Assembly (NCBI GenBank): GCA_050287785.1 | Contig: JBNKCO010000010.1 | Coordinates: 39,340 to 103,339 of the forward strand | Source: Bacteroidales bacterium | Lineage (GTDB): Bacteria > Bacteroidota > Bacteroidia > Bacteroidales > UBA10428 | Direction: 5' to 3' | DNA: 64,000 nt | In this document: positions 49,727 to 58,700 of the stretch, piece after piece | How the letters are laid out: every line of letters starts with the position of its first letter | Numbering within the stretch: the first letter of the stretch is position 1 | Made by a program: the position numbers and the translations under genes | Notes under the pieces: generated by a model | What the model saw: only the letters and a program-made list of their open reading frames with translations | Database searches by the model: none | Told to the model about the DNA's origin: nothing

Positions 49727-51697
49727 TTAGTACCTATCTGTTTTAATGAGTTTTCCTTGTTCATCGTAATACTTCCATTTACCAACAGGATTATCCTCTT
49801 CATATTGACCCTTAAGTTTTATCTCTCCATTCTGATAATATTCTCTGATACTACCATGTTTCAGTCCATTCTCTAATTCTACTTCGATCTTTTTGGATCC
49901 ATCTTTAAAGAATTCCTCATATTTTTTAGCATCTAAATCAGAGATAATAATATTTGGCAATGTATCTTCTGGCTTGTCAGGTGTAGTATCCATAGTTGTT
50001 TGCTCCAAATAATTGAACATCGAAAAAATCTCACTCGAATTATAATACTTCTTCTTAAACTCTTCTATTCCTGGCTGATATTGAGCCTTAAGCAGAAAAT
50101 GCATTAATTCATCTTCCTGATTTATTTGAATTGCTCCTTGTTCAAAACAAGTAATGTACTTTTTGTTTTGCTTAATTTTTTGCCATGTTTCAGTATCCAG
50201 AAATGCTCTTAGATTTTGAAACAAAACAGGAGGCTCAAAATACATGTATACACTTGAATTATTATCTAAGTGCTTATTAAAATTATAATAGGAAACAGAA
50301 GTGCTTAAAGTTGATCCGTTTAAATAATCGTCAATTATATTCTTTAGAGTTTGCGGGTGGTTGCTCAGAATAACATTTTTACCTAATTGAGTAAAATACG
50401 GTTTTTCAAGTTTCGCCAGAGTCTTTCCGAACAAAGCTTTAATTATACCTGGAAATGCAACATAGTCGATAATATAGCCTTTATAGTTAATTGATTTTAT
50501 TTTTACCGGAGTATTTTTCTTTATTTGTTTCCATATAAATTTGAGGTTATCAGAAGCTATTGCTGAATCAGATGCATGCAGGATAGCTGCAAACTCATTA
50601 TCCCTCCCAAGGTTTGAAGGTTGGGTTTGAAGCAAAACAATCTCCTTATCCATCCACTTAAACAGGTTTTTTTCAAGACTGATTTTTAATTTCTTTTCTG
50701 TTTTGGCTACTGTTTCCATATATTCCTCGTAATCCTCGCTACTCATACTTTTCATAGCCTTATTAAAGTAATCTCCGGCATCTTTAAAATTAATTTTTGC
50801 AAGTGAAGCAATTCTTAAAGGAATTACATTAGCAGATTCAACCTCTGTACTACCCTTAACTAGCATTCCAAGATATTCCTGGGGTGAACTATCGTCAAAG
50901 CTTGTATATCCTTCAATGCTTAAAAGGCCTTCCTCATTAATATCGAAAAGAATTCCCATGTATTTCATATACCTCGTGCTATTTGAATATGAGGTCAGAG
51001 CATCTTCAGAAAGTGACTTCATCGTTTCTGTAAGATTTTCGAATTTAAAATAGACACTCAATAGTCCCTTGTTGCCAATTTGCGATTGCACATCGAGGTA
51101 TTTCATATCTCTGCCAATTACTTTCTCCTCTGATGCATCAATAGCTCTTTCAACAAGTTTTGGTTCGAAACTAAATATTAGTTTACCTTCGGTGAAAGCC
51201 ATAAAGTAATAGTCTGATTCTTCAGTATCGTATAGCTCAACAATTTTTGTGTTTTTATAGTCTCTGCTAGTAACCTCATAGTTTCTCCCGAGAACTGGAT
51301 TCAAAAGTTTTTCCGGACTTTTATATTTTGCAACCTTGCCAATATCAATAATATATATGTATTCATATTTGTTATTGCCAATATTATGCATAGACATTGT
51401 AACAGCCTTCTTTCCTACTAATTTCAATAAAAATTTACTAGAGCTTATTAGAGAGTCGTAGGAAAGTATTTCCTCATTAAGTTCCTTGAAATACTCGTTA
51501 CTGCTAAAATGATTCCATGCTTTACTATAAATAATTTGGTTCCATGCCTCAACAGGATCAGCTGTTTCAACAACAAGTACTGCATCATCAGGCACAAAAT
51601 AAATTGAGCGATATCCAGACGAACTCCTGACAAAAAAGAGCAATACAGCAACAACAATAATGATAATAAATGAAATAATGAGCAGAACCTTTTTCAT
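49727..51697 (-). CDS. Membrane-anchored hypothetical protein with C-terminal MORN-type (YwqK-like) repeats; possibly DUF3352-like
   Basis: N-terminal TM anchor (MKKVLLIISFIIIIVVAVLLFF). C-terminal G.KHG..REYY.NGE.K..G.Y....VGKWKYYDE.GK repeats. The ORF-track start at 51736 is trimmed to the ATG at 51697. Confidence 0.55.
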   Translation of the reverse strand: MKKVLLIISFIIIIVVAVLLFFVRSSSGYRSIYFVPDDAVLVVETADPVEAWNQIIYSKAWNHFSSNEYFKELNEEILSYDSLISSSKFLLKLVGKKAVTMSMHNIGNNKYEYIYIIDIGKVAKYKSPEKLLNPVLGRNYEVTSRDYKNTKIVELYDTEESDYYFMAFTEGKLIFSFEPKLVERAIDASEEKVIGRDMKYLDVQSQIGNKGLLSVYFKFENLTETMKSLSEDALTSYSNSTRYMKYMGILFDINEEGLLSIEGYTSFDDSSPQEYLGMLVKGSTEVESANVIPLRIASLAKINFKDAGDYFNKAMKSMSSEDYEEYMETVAKTEKKLKISLEKNLFKWMDKEIVLLQTQPSNLGRDNEFAAILHASDSAIASDNLKFIWKQIKKNTPVKIKSINYKGYIIDYVAFPGIIKALFGKTLAKLEKPYFTQLGKNVILSNHPQTLKNIIDDYLNGSTLSTSVSYYNFNKHLDNNSSVYMYFEPPVLFQNLRAFLDTETWQKIKQNKKYITCFEQGAIQINQEDELMHFLLKAQYQPGIEEFKKKYYNSSEIFSMFNYLEQTTMDTTPDKPEDTLPNIIISDLDAKKYEEFFKDGSKKIEVELENGLKHGSIREYYQNGEIKLKGQYEEDNPVGKWKYYDEQGKLIKTDRY

Positions 51698-51924
51698 ATG
51701 TTTATATTTTAATTCCAGATAAAGACTTGTAAGCATACTTTGTCTCTGGATGTTTCATAATAACAAATGTCTAATTAAGAATATTCGTTTTTAGTCCAAA
51801 AGTTTATATAACAGGATCTTTGAATATTCTCTATTTAGAAGTTATTTGATCTAAAATTAAGAATTTTTATGCAGCTTATATTATCAGGCTTTTAACAATA
51901 GCTGATAATGGAATAAATATGAGC

Positions 51925-52653
51925 TTAGGCGAGTCTTAATTCACCCAGATAATCATAATGCTTACCTTCTTTCAGAATTTCAAACTTAAATCCGTTCTCT
52001 CCTGCAATTCTCTCTATTGTTTCTGTATCGATAAAAAGCCACTTAAACTGTTGTCCAGTAATTTTTTTATAACTTACAGTATATGATACTTCCCCATAGT
52101 ATTCACTATTAAGGTTGATCCATTTGCTACCATCTTTTTCGTAAAAAACATAATCGATATCAGAGGAGTCGAATAATATTTTACCATTTGGAGCAAGTAG
52201 TTCTTTTGCCTTCGCAAAAAATCTCTTCAGCCCAAGTAGATCTCCTGCAATTCCAATACCATTCATTAGCATTAGAATTGTGTCGTATTTTTGATTTGCA
52301 GGTTTCATCTCAAAAAAATCGACGCATTCAACATTTTTAACTCCACGCTTCTCCATTGTTTGGCAGCAAAGATCAGAAATATCGACAGCCTTTACATTTA
52401 TTCCTTTCTCCTGCAAATAAAGTGCATGGCTACCTGCGCATGCGCCAACATCTATAGTTGAGCCTTCGCATTTATCGAGTGCAAAACGCTCTATTTCAGG
52501 CATTCTTTTGTAATTTCTGAATAGATATGCTGGAGAGATCTTTTCAATTCCTGAAACATTGCAATCGACATAAAGCTTTGATACTTTCCACCTATTGGCA
52601 AAATAATCTTTCACTGCCTCGCCAAATGGATCAGGATTATGAGCTTCAATCAT
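51925..52653 (-). CDS. Class I SAM-dependent methyltransferase
   Basis: Motif I-like IDVGACAGSHALYL, an acidic residue after beta-2 (AVDIS) and motif-post-I ILMLMNGIG. Its ATG abuts the stop codon of the upstream cyclase gene. Confidence 0.78.
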   Translation of the reverse strand: MIEAHNPDPFGEAVKDYFANRWKVSKLYVDCNVSGIEKISPAYLFRNYKRMPEIERFALDKCEGSTIDVGACAGSHALYLQEKGINVKAVDISDLCCQTMEKRGVKNVECVDFFEMKPANQKYDTILMLMNGIGIAGDLLGLKRFFAKAKELLAPNGKILFDSSDIDYVFYEKDGSKWINLNSEYYGEVSYTVSYKKITGQQFKWLFIDTETIERIAGENGFKFEILKEGKHYDYLGELRLA

Positions 52654-53292
52654 TTATTCGGAATATTTTGCCACGGCACGAACAGGAGAACCATCGCCAT
52701 TTTCTATTTTCAAAGGAAAGCAAAAAAAATCAAACAATCTTTCTGGTAAAGATTCTAGATCTGCAAGGTTTTCAATAATTATTAAATCCTTTTTTAATAT
52801 TAGCTTATGATTTACAAATTCTTCTGATCCAAGCCTATCGATAGAAATTGCATCAATACCAATTCCTTTTATCTTAAGTTCTGCAATGTATTCAAAGGTT
52901 TTATTATCGGGAAGAGGAAATTCCGCAAAATAATTATTGCTACCCCAATGTTTTGACCAACCGGTACAAAGCAAAATAAAATCGGGCTTTCCGAATAGCT
53001 CTATTTTACTTTCTATCTGACTTATCAAATTGGAATTATCGGTTTTGCAATCGATTTTTAATGCAGTACCAATAAATTTGCTTGGTGGGAAATCAGTTAA
53101 TGCTTTTGCTCCTTTTATAATATGCATTGGAGCATCAATATGAGTTCCTACATGAGAACTAAAATTTAACTCAAGTTCAGCAAATCCATTTACCTCGTGT
53201 GTACAAATATTATTTGTTCGAAACGTGGGTGTACCAGGATACACAGGCATACCTACTCTAATAGTGTGGCTTAAATCAACTATTAATTTCAA
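52654..53292 (-). CDS. Cyclase-family protein (arylformamidase/kynurenine-formamidase-like fold)
   Basis: DLSH....MPVYPG near the N-terminus and GTHIDAPMH metal motif. 212 aa. The only available start is the TTG at 53292. Confidence 0.75.
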   Translation of the reverse strand: MKLIVDLSHTIRVGMPVYPGTPTFRTNNICTHEVNGFAELELNFSSHVGTHIDAPMHIIKGAKALTDFPPSKFIGTALKIDCKTDNSNLISQIESKIELFGKPDFILLCTGWSKHWGSNNYFAEFPLPDNKTFEYIAELKIKGIGIDAISIDRLGSEEFVNHKLILKKDLIIIENLADLESLPERLFDFFCFPLKIENGDGSPVRAVAKYSE

Positions 53293-53316
53293 ATTATAAA
53301 CATAGAATTAATAATA

Positions 53317-53607
53317 CTAATCCTCATCTGCAATATCCTCAGCTGCATCTAGCGTTTCAAAGTTGCTAAACTCATCAGATGGAGTAGCTGAATCATCATC
53401 ACTTTCTTCTGGTATACTATTATTAGGCATACGGATTAAGTATGATATTTCCTCAGTTTCCAGAGGTAATGCCAATGCTAATTCACCTGATGGCAAAGGT
53501 ATTGAAATCAGATTCTCTTCATACCCATCTGGGTATCTCTCTTTAATCAGCTTGAGCACGTCTTCTGAGAGTTGCTCATACTTTTTTATTATTCTCTTTT
53601 TTCCCAC
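53317..53607 (-). CDS. Small acidic hypothetical protein (96 aa)
   Basis: Basic N-terminus (GKKRIIKKYEQLSEDVLKLIKERYPDGYE) and a highly acidic C-terminus (EESDDDSATPSDEF...AEDIADED). It has a GTG start, and the next Met is at residue 60. Confidence 0.45.
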   Translation of the reverse strand: MGKKRIIKKYEQLSEDVLKLIKERYPDGYEENLISIPLPSGELALALPLETEEISYLIRMPNNSIPEESDDDSATPSDEFSNFETLDAAEDIADED

Positions 53608-53711
53608 GTTATAAAATAATTGAAGTTACTACTGAATAAACTCAGATTCAATAGAATGCTTTTTTATAAAGCAATTCAATCACAACAGGCTAAATGTATA
53701 ATTTTTTTCTA

Positions 53712-53734
53712 TTTGTAAAAACACTTTTTACAAA
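53712..53734. promoter_or_regulatory. Perfect 10-bp inverted repeat tttgtaaaaa-cac-tttttacaaa, bracketed by a 12-nt direct repeat
   Basis: The palindrome was read directly. The copies of aacaggctaaat are at 53684-53695 and 53766-53777. The palindrome lies 105-127 bp upstream of the GTG start at 53607. Confidence 0.3.
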
Positions 53735-53947
53735 GAAATTTTGATGAGATTATTCACCTATATAGAACAGGCTAAATATTAAACTTTTATGTATATTAAA
53801 AACATTCTCCTTTAGATTTCCTAATTTATTGCTCCTATAATTATGATTTGATTTAATTTATGTATATTTTTACCATTGCATTGCAAGTTTATTCATTTTT
53901 TAAATCTCAATCATTTAACTTACAAAGCATTTCATAGAAAAAGGGGA

Positions 53948-53980
53948 AGAGGCTGTCTAAAATGACAGTCTCTTTTTTTT
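53948..53980. terminator. Intrinsic terminator; canonical on the plus strand (hairpin + T8), weaker on the minus strand
   Basis: 10-bp stem agaggctgtc / gacagtctct (one G-T wobble) with a 6-nt loop, then tttttttt abutting the stop codon of the minus-strand PD40 gene. In the minus orientation the trailing run is tcccctttttc. Confidence 0.6.
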
Positions 53981-54939
53981 CAAGGAAGATTATAGTCAAA
54001 CTCAATCATATAGATTCTATCTAAACCATTCTGGGGTTGATTAAGAATTTTTATTAATTCATTTCGTTTAAGTGGCTCTTCAAAATATTCAGGAAAGTTG
54101 TTTCTTCTACTTGTATAATACAATTTTCTATTTTTAATATCAACAAATGGACAATAATCTAACGATTCTGAATTGATATTTGCCCCTAAGTTTATTGATT
54201 TTCCCCATACACCATTTTCGTTTTTCCTGCTTATATACAAGTCTCCGCCTCCAACGGCACCACTACGTCCAAATGAGCTAAATATAATAAAAGATTCGTC
54301 TGGTGCCACAAATGCGTTAAATTCAAACATTTTCGAGTTTATTGAATCGCCCAAATTAACAGGTTCTGAATATTTGTTGTTATCGAAATAGCAAACATAT
54401 AAATCTTCACCTCCCTTAACATCTTCTCTTTTTGAAGTAAAATAGATGTTTCCTGATTCTGCTAATGATGGGTAAAACTCGTTTTCGCTGGTATTTATAG
54501 GCTCTCCCATATTTTTCGGTTTCGACCAACCACTTTGTTCATCGATTCTTTCCACAAACCAGATATCATAATCCTTAGGTTTTTCCGAACTATCTGAAAT
54601 TGGTCGCTGAGATGCAAAATACAAACGCTTACCATCTGGCGAAAAAGCTGGCTCTATATCGTTATAAGAACCAGAAAATCCAACTACTTCGGGATCCGAC
54701 CACACACCGCTATTTTTTGAAATAAACAGAATAAAAGACAATTCATTTCTGAAACTTGTCACAGAAAAATATATTTCGTTTCCCGAGGGGGATAAGGCAA
54801 AATCTCGTATCTGTGGAAAATCTTTAACTAATAGGGGCTTGAATAATTCAGGAGAAGAAATAGAATCTCCAAGTACTAAATGTATTTTTACAACAAATAA
54901 TGTTGTAAACAAAACTAACTTCATTAATCTATTTACCAT
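53980..54939 (-). CDS. PD40/WD40-like beta-propeller repeat protein (TolB-like periplasmic domain)
   Basis: Signal peptide. Repeated PD40 motifs (E.FPSLA.SGN.IYFTS; EPAFSPDGKRLYFAS; FNAFVAPDESFIIFSS; YCPFVD...KLYYTS). Confidence 0.75.
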   Translation of the reverse strand: MVNRLMKLVLFTTLFVVKIHLVLGDSISSPELFKPLLVKDFPQIRDFALSPSGNEIYFSVTSFRNELSFILFISKNSGVWSDPEVVGFSGSYNDIEPAFSPDGKRLYFASQRPISDSSEKPKDYDIWFVERIDEQSGWSKPKNMGEPINTSENEFYPSLAESGNIYFTSKREDVKGGEDLYVCYFDNNKYSEPVNLGDSINSKMFEFNAFVAPDESFIIFSSFGRSGAVGGGDLYISRKNENGVWGKSINLGANINSESLDYCPFVDIKNRKLYYTSRRNNFPEYFEEPLKRNELIKILNQPQNGLDRIYMIEFDYNLP

Positions 54940-55005
54940 GACAATATTTTTAATTCAGTAAATAAGACAATGTAATTCAGTATTTTTCTTACAAACTATG
55001 TAAAT

Positions 55006-55440
55006 TTATTCCTGAAACAGCCACTCCCGAGCCTCTTCGAAAGAATTAAAAAACTTCATTTGAATACCACCTTTTTTAAAATGCTTCATAATCATATTGA
55101 GATAATACAATTTAAAAGCATTACCATCAAAAATCAAGGCCGTTTTCTTCAGTCCATTTTTGATAGCAAGGGGCAATGCTTCCGTTTCAAACCATTTTCT
55201 GTCATCTGGTCCAACAATGCCTTGCTCTCTAATATCCGATAAGAATAAACTTCCAGGGTGAGTTTCTGTGTATTTCGCTGTATCTAAAAAAGGTTGTCTG
55301 TATTCATCGCCAATAGAACGCTTTTTCCAAATAAAATGAACTAGTCCGGGTTCAGCATAATAATAAGCATCCAGATTTTCATTTGAAATAAATTTTTCAG
55401 ATTCGTATGGTAGCAGATTAGTAGAATTATCTTCACTCAT
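55006..55440 (-). CDS. Hypothetical cytoplasmic protein (144 aa)
   Basis: Intact ORF with an ATG start and no signal peptide. It has a loose resemblance to small STAS/SpoIIAA-like sensor-associated modules. Not assignable by eye. Confidence 0.45.
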   Translation of the reverse strand: MSEDNSTNLLPYESEKFISNENLDAYYYAEPGLVHFIWKKRSIGDEYRQPFLDTAKYTETHPGSLFLSDIREQGIVGPDDRKWFETEALPLAIKNGLKKTALIFDGNAFKLYYLNMIMKHFKKGGIQMKFFNSFEEAREWLFQE

Positions 55441-55582
55441 ATCAATAAGATTTGCTATTCTATTCCTGATTAAGAAGTAAATTTAAAATATTTGCTGTTT
55501 AATTAAATACTTTATTAACAAATAAAGTTCGCGTTAAACACATTTCGTTCGAATACAACTTCATTTTATCTATAACAATAAT

Positions 55583-56287
55583 CTATTCTTCTTGCTTTCT
55601 CATGTAAAAATGGAAAGATAAGTAGAGAAGTATGAAATTGTAGATGACGGCAAAAAATAAAACTAAAGAATTTGGGAAGGTCGTAGTATTAAAAAATCCA
55701 TTATATATCCAATAATATGGAATTAATCCAAAACAATAAGCCAAAGGGAGCTTCACAAACAATCCGGCTATTGGCAAAAACAATATCATATTAAATAATT
55801 TGAAGAATGTAACACCTTCAATTTTGTTCTTAGACAAACTGGTAATAATAAAGGTGCTAGAAGGGCCAACCATGCTACATGAAAGAGATAATAATACTAG
55901 TTTAAGAAAACTAATTTCAATTAATCCAGTAGAAAGAATCAGAAGAATACAGGAAAAAAAGCCAAAAAGTAGAATAACCAATATCCTTATCAATAGAAAG
56001 TGCTTAAGTGAAAAAGGCATTATTTTAAAAACAGGCATAATATTTTGATCCTTCTCATCAAGAAGGACAAAAGACAAAACAAATCCCATTAATGCTGAGT
56101 TAATTATGCAAAAAAAAGCTAAAATGTGTGGTCTGTAATCAAAAAGAAGAGGAAAATACTTCTCATATATTGGTGGTGCAATTCGCAATAATGCCACAAA
56201 TATAAATGGCACAAAAACAATAATTCGCAATGAAGCATCGCGGAAAATGATTTTTAAGTCACTCTTAACAATTGTAAGTAAATTCAT
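55583..56287 (-). CDS. ABC-2-type transporter permease (second membrane subunit)
   Basis: Six hydrophobic segments and 234 aa. It is the last gene of the TetR / ATPase / permease / permease string. Confidence 0.6.
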   Translation of the reverse strand: MNLLTIVKSDLKIIFRDASLRIIVFVPFIFVALLRIAPPIYEKYFPLLFDYRPHILAFFCIINSALMGFVLSFVLLDEKDQNIMPVFKIMPFSLKHFLLIRILVILLFGFFSCILLILSTGLIEISFLKLVLLSLSCSMVGPSSTFIITSLSKNKIEGVTFFKLFNMILFLPIAGLFVKLPLAYCFGLIPYYWIYNGFFNTTTFPNSLVLFFAVIYNFILLYLSFHFYMRKQEE

Positions 56288-56395
56288 CTGTTAATAATTT
56301 AATTTTAATTGTCTCCCAATAGTTATTGAGGTGAAATAGCTTGGTGCAAAATTATTACTGTAGTATGTATAATAATTATTTTTATCATGCTTATT

Positions 56396-57085
56396 TCATT
56401 GCATAAGGTATTTATAATAAGAGCGTTTTGCGAGTTTAAAAGCCAGAAAAATCCATAAGACAAGATAAGCAAGATGAGCACCATAAATAATTGGCATTGT
56501 TATTTCAGCCATACCAAAAAGAACATATAGCATTGAATAGGTAGGTATTATATTAAGAACCCAAATGTTCGTAACATCAAAGAAGTTCAAGATGGGTAAT
56601 ACTGATGGAGCCAGAAAAACCGGTATAACAATAATATATTGATTAAATGTTTTAACCCTGGCAGCTCCAATAAAACCAAGAAAAGTAAAAATAACTGAAG
56701 AAAGTCCAACTCCAAGAATTAGAGCAATAGGATTAAATCCAAAACCATATCCGGAGAAAGCAATTGCGAAACTTACTATCAGAGCTGGAATGAGTAATGC
56801 AAGAGCTTTTGACCATAAAAACTCTGCACACTTAAGTGGAGTAACCACCAATGCTGGGAGAGTATTATCAGATTTTTCGAAAAGAATTAATACTCCGATA
56901 AATATAAATCCAAGCATTGCCGGATCTGAAAAAATCAGGGTAATAATTACCTTATCTATTTTAATTACGGGCAAGCTCAGAATTAATGCGCAATACATAA
57001 TTCCAATAATCAAGGCTATAAGGAGAATATTATATCTGACTAAAAGAATTAATTGCCAGTAAGTAATCTTTACAAAACGTTTCAT
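56396..57085 (-). CDS. ABC-2-type transporter permease (first membrane subunit)
   Basis: Six hydrophobic segments and 229 aa. It starts 3 nt after the stop of the ATPase gene. Confidence 0.6.
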   Translation of the reverse strand: MKRFVKITYWQLILLVRYNILLIALIIGIMYCALILSLPVIKIDKVIITLIFSDPAMLGFIFIGVLILFEKSDNTLPALVVTPLKCAEFLWSKALALLIPALIVSFAIAFSGYGFGFNPIALILGVGLSSVIFTFLGFIGAARVKTFNQYIIVIPVFLAPSVLPILNFFDVTNIWVLNIIPTYSMLYVLFGMAEITMPIIYGAHLAYLVLWIFLAFKLAKRSYYKYLMQ

Positions 57086-57088
57086 ATA

Positions 57089-57937
57089 CTATAATTTAAC
57101 TCCGGTAGTTTTAATGAAAATATCTTCCAGCGTAGCCTCCTGACTATGAATAGATGCAATTTCCTGAGTTTGCAAGATTGAGAGAAACTCGGTATTTGTT
57201 GCAATAGTATCCAAATCAAATTCCTTAAACTCAGCTTGTCTCTTTCCAAACTCAACTTTAACTTTTCTTTTACCATTGCGAAGCTTTAAATTATGAGGCG
57301 TATCTGTTAACGTGAGTTTGCCATCAACAATAAATGCCACCCTGTCGCACAGTTCATCGGCATCGTACATATTATGGGTTGTTATAAAAATTGTTTTTCC
57401 TTGCCTCTTCAGATCTATTATTATATTCTTTAGTTTACGTGCATTAACCGGATCAAGACCAGAAGTTGGCTCATCGAAAAACAAAATTTGTGGATCATGC
57501 ATTAATGCCCGAACAAAATTCAGGCGCATTTTCATTCCCTTCGAAAAGCTTTCAATTCGTTTGTCTTTATCACCTAATAAATCTACCATTTCCAGCAACT
57601 CTTCAGGTCTGCGAGTTTTTTTTCTATAAAATTCCGAGAAGAAATTTAAGTTTTCGATAGCTGTTAATTTGGCATAATGGTTTGGCAACTCGAAACCAAC
57701 ACCAATATTCTCATAAAATTCACCATCCCATGCATTTAAGCTTTTATTCATCACTTTTGCATCTCCTGAAAAGCCAGATAAAATTTTAATAAGTATTTTC
57801 TGGGTAGTACTTTTACCTGCACCGCTCGGACCTAAAAAGCCAAATATTTCACCCTTTTCAATTGAAAACTGAATTCCTTTGATAGTTGGTGTTTCGCTCT
57901 TTGGATATGTATATTTTAAATCTTTAACATCTATCAT
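57089..57937 (-). CDS. ABC transporter ATP-binding protein
   Basis: Walker A GPSGAGKST, Q-loop, signature FSKGMKMR, Walker B ILFFDEPTSGLD and H-loop TTHNM. 282 aa. Confidence 0.92.
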   Translation of the reverse strand: MIDVKDLKYTYPKSETPTIKGIQFSIEKGEIFGFLGPSGAGKSTTQKILIKILSGFSGDAKVMNKSLNAWDGEFYENIGVGFELPNHYAKLTAIENLNFFSEFYRKKTRRPEELLEMVDLLGDKDKRIESFSKGMKMRLNFVRALMHDPQILFFDEPTSGLDPVNARKLKNIIIDLKRQGKTIFITTHNMYDADELCDRVAFIVDGKLTLTDTPHNLKLRNGKRKVKVEFGKRQAEFKEFDLDTIATNTEFLSILQTQEIASIHSQEATLEDIFIKTTGVKL

Positions 57938-57940
57938 AAT

Positions 57941-58600
57941 CTACTGGTTTATTCCGTGAGTTAATATCTTCGCAAAATCTTTAACAACATCCATAACCTC
58001 CTGGTTTTTTGTGTTAAATACAGGCTTCCCCTCTTGAATATTCTTGATAAAATCTATATCGTATCTAAGGGACAAGTATTCGTATATTCCTATTTGTACT
58101 TGCATTATTGTAAAAGCCATTGCATTAAGATTAATAGTTTTCTTTAGCTTTCCATAGTTAGCATATTTCTGAAGGATATAGAGAGTTTTCTCCATTACCA
58201 TATTTTTTATTTCAAGAGTTATCTCTCCTAATTCTTTATTATCCTTCTCGATCAATACTCTATACAGAAAACCACTATAAAGAGGAAACTTTTTATCGTA
58301 CTCAATTTTGTTCCTAAAGTTTTCTATTAATAAGTCCTCAATGCTCTCCGGTAAATTGTCAGATAGTTCATCTATTTCCTGATACCTGATTTTGCTCGCA
58401 TAATCGATAAGATATATATACAAGTCTTTTTTTGAATTAAAATACCTATAGAAACTTCCTTTAGCCAAACCAAGTGCTTTGACTATTGCTGAAAGTGAAG
58501 CATTTTGATAATCATTCCCAGTAAATTCCAGAAATGCAACATCAACGATTTCTTTCTGCCTTTCGGAACTAAGATTCAAAAATGTAGAATTAGCTTTCAT
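57941..58600 (-). CDS. TetR/AcrR-family transcriptional regulator
   Basis: N-terminal HTH (FTGNDYQNASLSAIVKALGLAKGSFYRYFNSKKDLY). 219 aa. It lies directly upstream of the ABC genes. Confidence 0.85.
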   Translation of the reverse strand: MKANSTFLNLSSERQKEIVDVAFLEFTGNDYQNASLSAIVKALGLAKGSFYRYFNSKKDLYIYLIDYASKIRYQEIDELSDNLPESIEDLLIENFRNKIEYDKKFPLYSGFLYRVLIEKDNKELGEITLEIKNMVMEKTLYILQKYANYGKLKKTINLNAMAFTIMQVQIGIYEYLSLRYDIDFIKNIQEGKPVFNTKNQEVMDVVKDFAKILTHGINQ

Positions 58601-58611
58601 AATATTACAAT

Positions 58612-58627
58612 GCGACTACCCAGTCGC
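58612..58627. promoter_or_regulatory. Candidate TetR operator: GC-rich palindrome gcgact-accc-agtcgc
   Basis: Perfect 6-4-6 inverted repeat in an otherwise AT-rich 100-bp divergent intergenic region. It lies 12 bp upstream of the TetR start and 74 bp upstream of the repeat-protein ATG. Confidence 0.35.
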
Positions 58628-58700
58628 TAAGGTATGAATTTTTTTATTAATGCAACCAAAACATATTAATAATGTCTCTAAAAATAAAACCCGAGAAACC

